Below are positions 29,164 through 39,161 of a DNA stretch of 64,000 nt, piece by piece. A program made the position numbers and the translations under genes. The DNA comes from an uncultured Gemmatimonadaceae bacterium. GTDB taxonomy: Bacteria > Gemmatimonadota > Gemmatimonadetes > Gemmatimonadales > Gemmatimonadaceae. Position 1 is the stretch's first letter. Each line of letters starts with the position of its first letter. Under the pieces are notes generated by a model. That model was not told the DNA's origin, made no database searches, and saw nothing but the letters and a program-made list of their open reading frames with translations. Where the stretch lies: contig CAVUDW010000001.1 of NCBI GenBank assembly GCA_963740355.1, positions 1 through 64,000 of the forward strand. The letters are read 5' to 3'.

Positions 29164-30767
29164 AACGCGGAGCGCGGCAATGTGACGGTCGCTTCAACAT
29201 GTGATGACGTCGGGCGGAACGCGAAGATCCGCATGCGCGCCGGGAACGCGCCCGACGCCACGGCGATCTTGCCGCATGTCGCGAGTGCCAGGCCGGCGGT
29301 CAACGTAGAGTTCAGTCCCTGCGTGCCGAGATCGCCCCACGCCTGCATCATGTAGGTCACGAACATCGTGAGCGAGATGGCGCAGGCCGTCCGCTCACTC
29401 GATGTTCGCGCGAAGAAGTACGCACGCCGCGCGAGAAATATCCCGAATGGAATCGGCATCCAGAGCAGCGTGAATCCTACGAAGCCACCCACAGTCCACA
29501 GCCAGAGGATGCTGTTGTGCGCCTGGTACTTGTACTGCGCGAAGAACTGCGAGATGTCATCGGCCTTCACCATCTCGATGTATTCGTGCCCCCAGCCGGC
29601 GCCAAGCAGCTTCCCCTGCTTCAACGTCACGAGCAGGTTGAAATTCTCGATGTCTCGCGTGTCGCTCGATCGATCATCCTGCGACACGACCGACATGATC
29701 AGCTTGGCGGGCTTGAACACCGCAGCGTTGCTGCGCTGGCCGACGACGGCGTAGACCGCGATCAACGGGAGCGAGTACAGCAGGATCTTCTTCAGTTGCT
29801 GCTTGATCGGTCCACGGAAAATGATGAAGACGATCAGCAGGTCGACCAACAGGTTCACGAACGCCAAACGGCGGTTGTTGATCACGATGCCGTAGAGGAT
29901 GTACAGGCCGACCACCAACAGCATCACCAGATTCTTGTAGTTCGGGACGTGCATGAACCGGACGACCAGCGCCACCAGGCAGATCACGAACAGGATCGAG
30001 TCATAGTGACTGGTCAGCGTCTGCGGCTCGAACCCCATCGGACGCGCGATGCCAAAGTAGAACTTGGTGGCAATCGCAATCTTGATGCAGGCCGCAACCA
30101 GCATCAGGTTCACGGCCTTGTGGAAGTCTCGTGCATCACGCACACAATACGAGAATAGTGCCGTCACGCTCGGCAGCCAGAACAGCTGACGCATCTGCCA
30201 CAACGTCTGCTTGAAATCGCCGCCGCGCACCCCGACGCCCCACACCACCAGCCACAGCACCGTCAGGAGCGAGACGCCGACGACGACGAACAGCACGTTG
30301 GTCGTGGGCAGTCGGCCGAGGCGATCGATCTTGATGCGGAACGCGACACGCATGAGCGCCATGAAGGCGATCAACGAGTACAGCATGTCGACGAACGAGA
30401 ACCGCAACGCCTCGATCGGCAGGATCTTGTTCAGGTTCTCGAATAACAGCACGTTGAGACCGAACAGCGGCGGCGTCCAGAGCACACCAGACGGCAGCTT
30501 GATCTGGTTCGCATCGGCGAGCGCCGCCAGAAACACGAGGCCGAACAACGGCGCCCGCATCGGCATCGCCACGAACAGGTACACGATCAGGACCAGCACC
30601 AGGGGCACGATCCCGACCAACGGATTCCCCGACGCGAACGTCAGGCCAAGCGACGCAAGCACGACCGCGCAAATGAACGCGATCATGCCCGGGCCGATGG
30701 TCGGCGCTGACGGTCGAGGCCACGCCGATGGCGCAGCCGTCGTCGGATTCACCGTCGGGGAACTCAC
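29160..30767 (-). CDS. Wzy-type EPS polymerase / O-antigen ligase family protein
   Basis: 535 aa multi-TM; NNRRLA, RDIENFNL, G.GWGHEY, HNSILWLW..GG.VG. Confidence 0.8.
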   Translation of the reverse strand: MSSPTVNPTTAAPSAWPRPSAPTIGPGMIAFICAVVLASLGLTFASGNPLVGIVPLVLVLIVYLFVAMPMRAPLFGLVFLAALADANQIKLPSGVLWTPPLFGLNVLLFENLNKILPIEALRFSFVDMLYSLIAFMALMRVAFRIKIDRLGRLPTTNVLFVVVGVSLLTVLWLVVWGVGVRGGDFKQTLWQMRQLFWLPSVTALFSYCVRDARDFHKAVNLMLVAACIKIAIATKFYFGIARPMGFEPQTLTSHYDSILFVICLVALVVRFMHVPNYKNLVMLLVVGLYILYGIVINNRRLAFVNLLVDLLIVFIIFRGPIKQQLKKILLYSLPLIAVYAVVGQRSNAAVFKPAKLIMSVVSQDDRSSDTRDIENFNLLVTLKQGKLLGAGWGHEYIEMVKADDISQFFAQYKYQAHNSILWLWTVGGFVGFTLLWMPIPFGIFLARRAYFFARTSSERTACAISLTMFVTYMMQAWGDLGTQGLNSTLTAGLALATCGKIAVASGAFPARMRIFAFRPTSSHVEATVTLPRSAL

Positions 30768-32307
30768 CTGCGTCGCACCTCGGCCATCACCGGCACACCG
30801 AGCTGACGATCAACCTGCCACGGCTCGAGCACACGCCCGCCGCCAAAGTCGAGCATGATGACGATGAAGCCCGTCATGAGCACGGCCATGATCAAGCCAC
30901 CCACCACCAGCAGCGGCACCTTGGGCTTCACTGGCGCCTTCGGGATACGCGCCGGTGTGATCACGCTGTAGCGGTACTTGAAGGCGGCACGGGCCGTCTC
31001 CATTTCGATGCGTGCGCCTTCGAGGCGATCGAGCAGGTCTTCGTAGTCATTGGTCGCGATCTTGAGACGCGACTTCGCAAACGTCACCTCGGGCACTTCC
31101 TGCGAATCGACACCGATGCGCGAGAGGCGCTCCAGCGCTTCACGGGCGAAGGTGGGCTCGAAGGACGTTGGCGTGGCGGTCGCACCCTCGCGCACACCCA
31201 TGCCAACCAGGCGAGCACGGAGGGCGCTTTCGTCGGAGCGCAACGCGGCGAGCTGCGTCGACGGCTCACTCAACGAGCGAATGTTCTCCTCGGTCGCCGC
31301 GATCTCAGGATGCGCCGCGCCATATTGGCCGCGCAATTCCGTGAGGCGCGTCTGCAATGCCGCGAGGCGCTGATTGCGCGATGCGGTGATGTCCTCGATG
31401 CTCTGGCGCTTGGCGCGCAGTTCGGCCTGCAATGCAACGACCGCCGGCGACGGTGCGGCCGCGGCTGGTGCCGAAGTCCGATAGGTCGGGACATACGGCG
31501 CGGCGCGGGTCGGCGTTGCAGCACGAATCTGTCCCAGCGCATCCTGGATCGACTTCTCGGCAGACGCGACGTGACCCTCGATGATGCCGATGGACTCACC
31601 GATCAGCGACACTTCCGAGGCGTGGCGCTGCTCGAAGAAGTTCTGCTGCGCGGCCTGCACGACACGGTATCCGATCGCCGGATCCGGCCAGTCGAGGCCA
31701 ATCGTGACCGTGCCCTTCGTTCGAGTAGACCCACATGCGGCGCTCGAGCATGCCGAGCACGGCTTCCAGCTTGTCGGCTTCGGTGATCGGACCCTTCAGC
31801 TGGGTCACGACAACGTCCTTGACCTTGCCCGAGCAGGCGACCGCATTTCGTCCCAGGCGCCGACATCAACTTCGTCTGGCGCACGATCTCCATCAGGTTC
31901 GTGCGCTTCATGACGGCTTCCGACGCGAGACGAGTCGGCGAATCGGATTCCGTCGGCACCGCGCGCTTCGGGTTGCCGAGCGCCGGCATCAGGAAGTTCT
32001 TCTCGGCGGAGAAACGGGTCTCGATCAGGTAGTGCTTCGGTGTGACAACGATCGCGGCAAGGACCGCTGCCATCAGCCCAGCAAAGGTCCAGATCGCCAA
32101 CTTCTTGTGTCGCTGGAACGCACGGAACGGGAAGCCGGCGGCGACACGCAGGTTCGCGAGCACGAAGACCGGCGCCTCGTCCTGGAAGATCGGGCGACTG
32201 TCGCCGAGTGCCGCAGGCGACGCACGCTGGACAGCATACGCGCGCGTGCTGAGCGCCACGGGAGGCGAGTCACCATCAGGCTGGTTGGATCGGGCGGGCA
32301 AATTCAT
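30764..32307 (-). CDS. Wzc/GumC-like co-polymerase without kinase domain (EpsV-like), interrupted by about 4 single-base insertions at 31700-31865
   Basis: N-terminal TM + TPKHY; coiled-coil with YGAAHPEI; YSVITPA..P, TM, LGVPV. Three overlapping ORFs join into one frame when single bases are removed. Confidence 0.8.
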
Positions 32308-32328
32308 CAGTGTCTCTCGAGACGACGG

Positions 32329-32502
32329 TCAGGATGGAAGACGGGGATACACGTAGATCACAGCGATCAGGTAGAACGCGTTGAAGGCGGCCATGAGCAG
32401 AATCGTGCGCCGTAGCCCCTTTCGCGGAGAACGCTCCGAGGCCGAGGTCATCGGGATGATGACGGTGGCCAGAAGAATCGAGAGCAGCGTGAATTTCTGC
32501 AT
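32329..32502 (-). CDS. 57-aa two-TM membrane microprotein (not in the ORF track)
   Basis: MQKFTLLSILLATVIIPMTSASERSPRKGLRRTILLMAAFNAFYLIAVIYVYPRLPS; GAGG RBS; fills the OPX-Wzc gap. Confidence 0.75.
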   Translation of the reverse strand: MQKFTLLSILLATVIIPMTSASERSPRKGLRRTILLMAAFNAFYLIAVIYVYPRLPS

Positions 32503-32528
32503 GGGGGACCTCTCTCTAGACGACCGAG

Positions 32529-33155
32529 TTACTCAACGACCACAACGTCGCCCGCCTGCAGCCGGAATGCGCCAGCTGGTCCGGTGTCGGTGAGCCCGGC
32601 GAAGGTGAAGCGAATGCGGACCGGCGTCGGGACCTTGCGCAGCACGAAGATCCTGTCCTTGTGCGCGAATTCCGTCAGGCCACCCGCGCAGGCGAGCGCC
32701 TCGGCGACACCGCTGCGCGGGCCGATCTTGCAAATGCCTGCGCGGGACACCGCGCCCAATACGGTGATCATCACATCCGGGACATCCTCGACCACGACGT
32801 TGACGCGTGGCGCGAGGATGAGGTTGCCGTCACGCAGTGCCTTCTCGACCGCCTGGCCGACCTCGACCGGTGTCTTGCCCGCGACGGCGATGTCGTTGAT
32901 GAGCGGGATCGCCAGCTTGCCGTCGGTTCGGACGCGCCCGCGCGTCGAGACTTTGTCGTTGTCGAAGACCTGCACGTTGATCAGGTCGCCGACGCCGACG
33001 ACGTACTTGGAGTCGGCGGCGCTTGGTTCTCTGGCGACGTAATCGGCAGCCCAGACGAATTGGCCGACCGGCTTGGCGCAACCGCCAGCGGTCAGGGCCA
33101 ACACGACCATCGCGACGGCCGTGGAGGCAGCGCGCAACTGGGTGAAGAAGCGCAT
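32529..33155 (-). CDS. Short OPX lipoprotein (Poly_export + one SLBB, EpsY-like)
   Basis: Lipobox AGGC; Y..G.GD.I.V.V, VRTDGKL..PL, AGGLTEFA; ends GDVVVVE with no OM-spanning helix. Alternative starts up to 33203. Confidence 0.88.
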   Translation of the reverse strand: MRFFTQLRAASTAVAMVVLALTAGGCAKPVGQFVWAADYVAREPSAADSKYVVGVGDLINVQVFDNDKVSTRGRVRTDGKLAIPLINDIAVAGKTPVEVGQAVEKALRDGNLILAPRVNVVVEDVPDVMITVLGAVSRAGICKIGPRSGVAEALACAGGLTEFAHKDRIFVLRKVPTPVRIRFTFAGLTDTGPAGAFRLQAGDVVVVE

Positions 33156-33222
33156 CGGAGTGTGGGTGGGGTGCATGAACGAAAGTGTCGGGTGGGGACG
33201 CATCGCTCAGGAGCGAGGCGGG

Positions 33223-34386
33223 TCAGCGAGAGCCAAAGGTGTATCCGATCTGCATCTGTGCCGCCATGCCGGATGCCTTGGTGACATCCTCACGCTGTCG
33301 GTACGCAACGCCACTGCCGAAAGTGAAGCCTGACCTGAGTACACGCCGAAACGACGCCGTGGCCGCGCGTGACTTGAATCGCAGCCCAGCACCGCTCGAC
33401 ACCTTGCTGTCAGCCATGGACGCGCCAAGGGTGACAAAGTTGCCCCGCTTCGCCTGAAAATCGTAGGCGACGGTTGCCGCACCGGTGGTCAACAACTGTC
33501 CGATACCGAACGCCTGCGACACTGCCCGCGTGTAGCCGGCAGAGAGTACGCCTGGCCCGATCGAGTCGCGCCCCTCAGCACTACCTGTCGGCAGGAATTT
33601 CGCCGGTCCGCCGGAGGAAAAGCGCGTCACGCCACCAATCAATCGAAGCTGTACCGAACCGAGCCGTGGAAGCCATCCAGCGCCAACAGACTGCGACGAC
33701 AGGGGCAGGCCGTTCGCCTTTCCCTCTTGGACGTCCGCGACGAACGTGTATCCCGCGCGGCGTGAGTATTGATGGGTGGATGATGCACGAGCGGTGAGCG
33801 CGCCGCCTGGGACAAGCACGGGTGAATCGAAGGTCACGTACGTGTAGCCGATTTCGGCGTGGCCAGTAGACGCAGCACTGAAGCGGCGGTCCGCCGACAC
33901 CACGCCTCCTCCGGACTTCTGGAACGAGAGGCCCAGCAACGGCAGTTGCACTGTACCGAGCACGTCGGTCGTGAGTCGCGTGCGATAGAACGCACCCGCC
34001 TGCCCCGTCGTCTGTGGTGTGAGGCGTCGAATTCCGTTGAGATTGAACTCGTAGGTATACGTATTCAGCGGCGACAGCTCGTTGTAGCGAATGGCGCTCC
34101 CCGCGGCGGTCAAGCCGAGACTGCCTCTCGCGCCCTGGCGGAGCACGGCGACGGCGGTGTTGATGCGGGTGACGAAGTCCTTGTCATCATCCCCGGTCAG
34201 GTAGCGCACGTTGCTGTCCCAGCCCTGCTCGGCCGTGGTGGTCCAGAGCCAGGAGCTGTGCACCGACCCAGCTGGCACCGGTCCGCTGCGCTGCGCCTCA
34301 AGCGATCCGGGCAGCGAACCGGACATAACGACAAAGCCGAGCGCGAGAACTTCTCGCGCTCCGAATCGGGCACTCACTCCGTTCAC
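33223..34386 (-). CDS. Putative outer-membrane beta-barrel (EpsX/WzpX-like)
   Basis: Signal peptide; N-terminal GWDSNV; alternating amphipathic strands; C-terminal IGYTF; directly upstream of the short OPX. Confidence 0.68.
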   Translation of the reverse strand: MNGVSARFGAREVLALGFVVMSGSLPGSLEAQRSGPVPAGSVHSSWLWTTTAEQGWDSNVRYLTGDDDKDFVTRINTAVAVLRQGARGSLGLTAAGSAIRYNELSPLNTYTYEFNLNGIRRLTPQTTGQAGAFYRTRLTTDVLGTVQLPLLGLSFQKSGGGVVSADRRFSAASTGHAEIGYTYVTFDSPVLVPGGALTARASSTHQYSRRAGYTFVADVQEGKANGLPLSSQSVGAGWLPRLGSVQLRLIGGVTRFSSGGPAKFLPTGSAEGRDSIGPGVLSAGYTRAVSQAFGIGQLLTTGAATVAYDFQAKRGNFVTLGASMADSKVSSGAGLRFKSRAATASFRRVLRSGFTFGSGVAYRQREDVTKASGMAAQMQIGYTFGSR

Positions 34387-36158
34387 CTCGCCGCCGTACC
34401 CGAGAGACTTTCCGAACGCGGCTGGAATCGTGGCGACTCAGCCGCCGTGTAACGACGCGGTCGAGACGCACGCGGCTTGCGCCCGAGCATCAGGCGCAAT
34501 GGCACCGGCTTGCGCCCTCCGAGCGTGAAGATTGTGGCCGCGAGGATCATCACATCCAGACGGAACGAGACGTTGCGCACGTAGAGCAGGTCGTAGTGAA
34601 TCCACTGATGGAAGTCACCGGTCGCACGATCCTTGCGACAGACCTGCCACAGGCCGGTGATTCCAGGGCGAACCGAGAGGCGACCATTGCGCCACGGTAC
34701 GCAGATCTGGTTTTCACGGAACGGCGATGGCCGCGGCCCGACGAAACTCATCTCACCGCGCGCCACATTCCAGAGTTGCGGCAATTCGTCGACGTTCAGC
34801 TTGCGCAGCCAATGGCCAACCTTCGTCACGCGCGGGTCGTGATCCATCTTGAACTGCGGTCCGTCCATCTGCTGCTGCGCAGCCAGCGCGCGCTGCATGT
34901 CGTCAGCGTTCGTCAACATGCTGCGGAACTTCCAGCACTTGAACGCCCGGGCATCCTTGCCCTCGCGCGAGTCGCCGTAGAAGATCGGGCCGCTGGAGGT
35001 GAACTTGACCAGCAAGGCCATCACGATGAGGAGCGGCGAGAGCAGGACCAACGCCACGAAGGCCAGGATCGGCTCGAAGAACGCCTTCACCGTGACGTAC
35101 TTCGGAATCGGGCTGCGACTGGTTGGTTCGGGAGCCGCCACGAGATGTGCGGCGGTGTGGCGACGCTGACCGCCCATGGCACCGGCATGCGTCGAATCGC
35201 CGCTGATCACGCGGTGGCGCACCGTGACGCCCTTCAGCACTTCGGCGCCAGGCAACACGAGGCACTGCGCGACGACGGCATCTTGATGCACATGCGCGCC
35301 TTCGCCGATCGTGGTCGGACCAATCACCAGCGCGCCCTCGTCGATCAAGGCACCCTCACGCACCACCACCGGGCCAACCAGTCGCGCCGTGGGATGGACG
35401 TTCGCTCGTGGCGAACGCAGCGACGCATCCTGCCCGCGCACCTTGCCCAGCTCTCGCAGCGTGGACATCGCGCTGACCCGGCGCTCACTCAACGCAAGCG
35501 CACCCGCTTCGTCGTTGAGGTCGAAGCAGTCGCCGTGATACGGCACATCCTGATTGGGAATACCGCTCGACGAGAGCTGCATCCGCAAGCCCTCGAGTGA
35601 CGTCAGCGTCATCGGCATGGCCATCTGTGCACACGCCACCGGCACCAGCGACGCCAGCACGCCGGACGGGAACGGCCAGGTGACCGGCTCGAAGTAACGC
35701 TGGATGCGGCGCACGCGCCCATCGTCGTCTGCCTGCACCAATTCCTTGGTGTGCAGCGTCGGCGCCTCGAAGGCGACCAGGTGCCGCACCATGCGTGCGT
35801 CGTTGACGCTCGCAGTGCTCAGCGGTCGCAAGTCGACGCCGTCCGACGGGTAGCAGACGGGCGACACGAACAGGAATGAATCCGATGGCGTGAACCGCTC
35901 CATCTCGCTGCGGAACTGGCCAATGCTCTTGACGCGTTCCACGTCCGAATAGCCGGCGCGGATGCGCCGCTCATAGTCGGCGTCGACATCGAAGGCCGTG
36001 AGCACGATCGGCCGGTGCGCGGTGACGCGCAGCACACTGCGCATCAACTCGCGAAGCAACAGGTCGTCGGCGGTCGGCAGCAACAGCAGCGAACCGCTAT
36101 CGAGATCGTTTCCGGTATACGAAGGGCGTACGTCGAGCAGGACGGGAACGATGCTCAT
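34383..36158 (-). CDS. Phosphoglycosyl transferase (Bac_transf) fused to a degenerate nucleotidyltransferase-like domain and an LbH domain
   Basis: C-terminal [43 protein letters not shown]; hexapeptide repeats upstream. Confidence 0.85.
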   Translation of the reverse strand: MSIVPVLLDVRPSYTGNDLDSGSLLLLPTADDLLLRELMRSVLRVTAHRPIVLTAFDVDADYERRIRAGYSDVERVKSIGQFRSEMERFTPSDSFLFVSPVCYPSDGVDLRPLSTASVNDARMVRHLVAFEAPTLHTKELVQADDDGRVRRIQRYFEPVTWPFPSGVLASLVPVACAQMAMPMTLTSLEGLRMQLSSSGIPNQDVPYHGDCFDLNDEAGALALSERRVSAMSTLRELGKVRGQDASLRSPRANVHPTARLVGPVVVREGALIDEGALVIGPTTIGEGAHVHQDAVVAQCLVLPGAEVLKGVTVRHRVISGDSTHAGAMGGQRRHTAAHLVAAPEPTSRSPIPKYVTVKAFFEPILAFVALVLLSPLLIVMALLVKFTSSGPIFYGDSREGKDARAFKCWKFRSMLTNADDMQRALAAQQQMDGPQFKMDHDPRVTKVGHWLRKLNVDELPQLWNVARGEMSFVGPRPSPFRENQICVPWRNGRLSVRPGITGLWQVCRKDRATGDFHQWIHYDLLYVRNVSFRLDVMILAATIFTLGGRKPVPLRLMLGRKPRASRPRRYTAAESPRFQPRSESLSGTAAR

Positions 36159-37417
36159 TTCAGTGTGGCCTGATCACGTGTCGGTCGAAGGGCATTGTCC
36201 ACGCGATCGCGTGCGAAACCGAATCCATTGCGCAGCCGTTCCGTGGCTGACTCGAGACTTGGCAGCAGCTCTGCGCTGGCGCCATCAGCCGCCACGCCCG
36301 ATGAGGTGCGGTCGAGCACCGAGAACTGATCTGGCAGCTGCGTGACACTCTTGAGGCGATCACCTGGCACGACGACACAGCGATCTGCCAGCACCGACGA
36401 GTCCACGATCGCGTCCTCACCAATCACACAATCGTCCCAGATGAATGACCGCGACACGAGCGCTCGAGCGGCCACCACGGTACGCTCGCCAATCGACGCA
36501 GGGCCAACGATCACGGCATCCGCTTCGACCCGCACGCCGGCACCGAGCAGGATGGGGCCGACGAGACGCGCACTGGGATGGATCACCGCCGTCGGGTGAT
36601 GCATCCCCTCACCCTCGCGCACATAGTGCGAGAGAAACGCCGGACGCTCGATCGCGCGTGTCACCAACCAGCGACTGACCGCGGCATAACTCGAATAATC
36701 GAGCACCTTGGCGGAGAGCCCGTGGACTTCGTGCATCGCGACATGGCCGCCTGCGGCATTCAGCCGGCCGAGCAGTCCTTCCTTGATGTCCTGATAACCA
36801 TGCTCGGCGACCGATTCCAGTGCGCTGCGTTCGAAGACGTAGATACCGGCCGGCTGTCGGCGCACACCGCTGGCCATGCCACGACGTCGACGATCAAACT
36901 CGACCACCACGGTCGCCACAGCGCCGGACTTCCGGTGCGCCGCAATCATGGCGCTGAAGTCGAGCGTGGGCACGATGGTGCCTTCGATGACGACGAAGAT
37001 CTTCGCATTCGTCATCACGGCGGCATCGCGTGCACAGCCAGCGGGCCCGCGGGGCTCATGATCCTCGAAGTAGTCGAGGGCGAGCTGCATCCGTGAGCCG
37101 TCGCCAAGCACTTCACGCAGCGACGGTGTCGCGCTGTTGGCGCACAACACGGCGGACTGAATCCCCGCGTCGCGCAGCCACTGCAGCGGATAGTTGATCA
37201 GCGGCGTATGCGCGACAGGCAGCAGCGGCCCTCGCAGCACTCGCTCGAACACGCCATCACCCCAGTGATGCGTGCCAGCCAGCACAATTCCGCACACGTC
37301 GTCGGCATCCGACGTCGCCCGCACAGCGGCGGCCGGTGCGTCTGCGTGCAGCTGGCCCTCCTGCTGCGCCGCAACGAATGGATCCAAGGGCATGAACGGC
37401 AACGTCGCCACCTTCAT
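36155..37417 (-). CDS. NDP-sugar pyrophosphorylase-like protein (NTP_transferase + LbH) with degenerate active-site motifs; start uncertain
   Basis: GIVLAG, LLPVA..PLI, EPRGPAG, AGIYVF, hexapeptide C-terminus; lacks GxGTR and the PKP Lys. Confidence 0.8.
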   Translation of the reverse strand: MKVATLPFMPLDPFVAAQQEGQLHADAPAAAVRATSDADDVCGIVLAGTHHWGDGVFERVLRGPLLPVAHTPLINYPLQWLRDAGIQSAVLCANSATPSLREVLGDGSRMQLALDYFEDHEPRGPAGCARDAAVMTNAKIFVVIEGTIVPTLDFSAMIAAHRKSGAVATVVVEFDRRRRGMASGVRRQPAGIYVFERSALESVAEHGYQDIKEGLLGRLNAAGGHVAMHEVHGLSAKVLDYSSYAAVSRWLVTRAIERPAFLSHYVREGEGMHHPTAVIHPSARLVGPILLGAGVRVEADAVIVGPASIGERTVVAARALVSRSFIWDDCVIGEDAIVDSSVLADRCVVVPGDRLKSVTQLPDQFSVLDRTSSGVAADGASAELLPSLESATERLRNGFGFARDRVDNALRPTRDQATLK

Positions 37418-37818
37418 GAACGTGAGAACTGATTGAAGCCCACTACTCCTGCACGGCTTACTCAGCCTAGCACGGAGCACCGACACGATCGCTTACGTGT
37501 GTGTGCACCAATGACTGGTACGCCTGCAGGTTCGTAACGACGTAATCGAATCTACGTGCACCGACAGCTTGTCCAGCGAAGTGCCGGAATCCGAGCCCGA
37601 GCCGGTACACGACAGCTCACGTAAACGTTAGTAGTCTCAAACCTAGCGAAACCTTGCTCGGAATGCACCTCCGCACGCCTCCAGCACATCCATGCGAGAG
37701 GAACGCACCATGGCATCGTCGACTCTCATGTCGTCGCTGATCATCAGCACAGCAGCTGGCAGTATCGACACCTGCACGATGCGAAGCGACACAGGAGAAA
37801 TCCAGCGGACCCAGCCTT

Positions 37819-39090
37819 TTGTGCGCGCCGCCACGATCGGTTCCGCTGAGCTCGCCGGGTGACCATGTCGTCGGATGGTCGTTTGCCGCCGGAGGGACCC
37901 GGCATCAGCTTCACGCCTCCCGATCACAATCTCTACGACGTACCACGTGCTACCGGTTCTGTCCCCTGACTGATATCGCCCTTCCGACCGTCCAGCTGCC
38001 GACCTCCACAGCAGAGCGTAACGACGCCGCCACCAGACCGGCGGCCTCGAAGCGACTTCCCTTCCTCGACGCGTTACGCGGCGTGGCAGCGATGTGGGTG
38101 GTGGTTTTCCACATTGGCGAAGGGCGGCAAGTGGCAGCCATGCAGTCCGTACTGCCGGCATGGTTGAACACGGCCATTTTCCCGTCGGGGCACTTCGGGG
38201 TTCCGATCTTTTTCGTCCTCAGCGGCTTCGTGATCGCGCTCTCGATCGGTACCGATCGCGTGACAGCCGGCTACGTCGGCCGCTTCGCCCTCCGACGCGC
38301 CATCCGGCTCGATATCCCCTATTGGGCCTCCATCGCGGTGACCCTCGGGTTCGTGGCCGTCAAGGCCGCGATGCAGCCTGGCAGCGCGCCGCCCCCGACG
38401 ACGATCGGCCAGATCCTGGCCCACATGTTCTACCTCCAGGATTTCCTCGGCTATCGCTCGATCAACACCGTCTACTGGACGCTTTGCTTCGAAATCCAGT
38501 TCTATCTGCTGTTCTGCGCGCTCCTTGGGGTGGCCCAGGCCTTCCAGCGCGATCAGGCCAGCCGTCGGTCGACCGCGGTGGTCTTCACACTCGCCGCGAT
38601 CACCTCGATCATCTGGCCGCTCGTGCCCTCGCTCCATCTACGCGGGCTCGCGCTGCCGAACTGGCACGGCTTCCTGCTCGGCGCCTTCGTCTACTGGTCG
38701 ATCAAGGGGACCATGCCGACCAGGTGGTACCTCCTCTACGCGGCGGCCCTGCTGGGTGTCTTCGCGGTGACCCACGACAGCTTCACCATCGTCTGTGTGG
38801 CGACCTCAGGCATAATCCTTCTGGTCGGCCTGGCTGGCAAGCTGGGCAGCTGGCTCGAAGCAGCCTGGCTGCAGTTCCTCGGCAAGATCTCTTACAGCCT
38901 GTACCTGCTCCACGTCCCGGTCAGCGGTGCGGCCTTCTTCGTACTGTCACGACTCCTTGGCCATTCGCCGGGTGAGGACTTCCTCGCCATGGTCGCCGTG
39001 ATCGCCATCAACTGCATTGCTGCGCAGCTGTTCTGGTGGGCTGTCGAGCGACCAAGTACCGCCCTCGGTCGTCGCTTGCGGAAGGGCTGA
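37819..39090 (+). CDS. Acyltransferase family 3; true start probably downstream of 37819
   Basis: LDALRG.AA..VV.FH, GVPIFFVLSGF, RR..RL..PY, YWTL.FEIQFY, LGKISYSLYLLH. Confidence 0.88.
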   Translation: MCAPPRSVPLSSPGDHVVGWSFAAGGTRHQLHASRSQSLRRTTCYRFCPLTDIALPTVQLPTSTAERNDAATRPAASKRLPFLDALRGVAAMWVVVFHIGEGRQVAAMQSVLPAWLNTAIFPSGHFGVPIFFVLSGFVIALSIGTDRVTAGYVGRFALRRAIRLDIPYWASIAVTLGFVAVKAAMQPGSAPPPTTIGQILAHMFYLQDFLGYRSINTVYWTLCFEIQFYLLFCALLGVAQAFQRDQASRRSTAVVFTLAAITSIIWPLVPSLHLRGLALPNWHGFLLGAFVYWSIKGTMPTRWYLLYAAALLGVFAVTHDSFTIVCVATSGIILLVGLAGKLGSWLEAAWLQFLGKISYSLYLLHVPVSGAAFFVLSRLLGHSPGEDFLAMVAVIAINCIAAQLFWWAVERPSTALGRRLRKG

Positions 39091-39161
39091 CGTCCCCCGA
39101 ATCTCGCCGCTGGCGCCAGTCGCCGCGGCCCCCTGCTGCGTTCCCCGACTTCCTCACGATC

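Noticed and set aside
31700..31870. Programmed frameshifting or phase variation in wzc
   Set aside because: Several independent indels with no slippery heptamer or long homopolymer; similar clusters at about 14200 and 20120 point to sequence error
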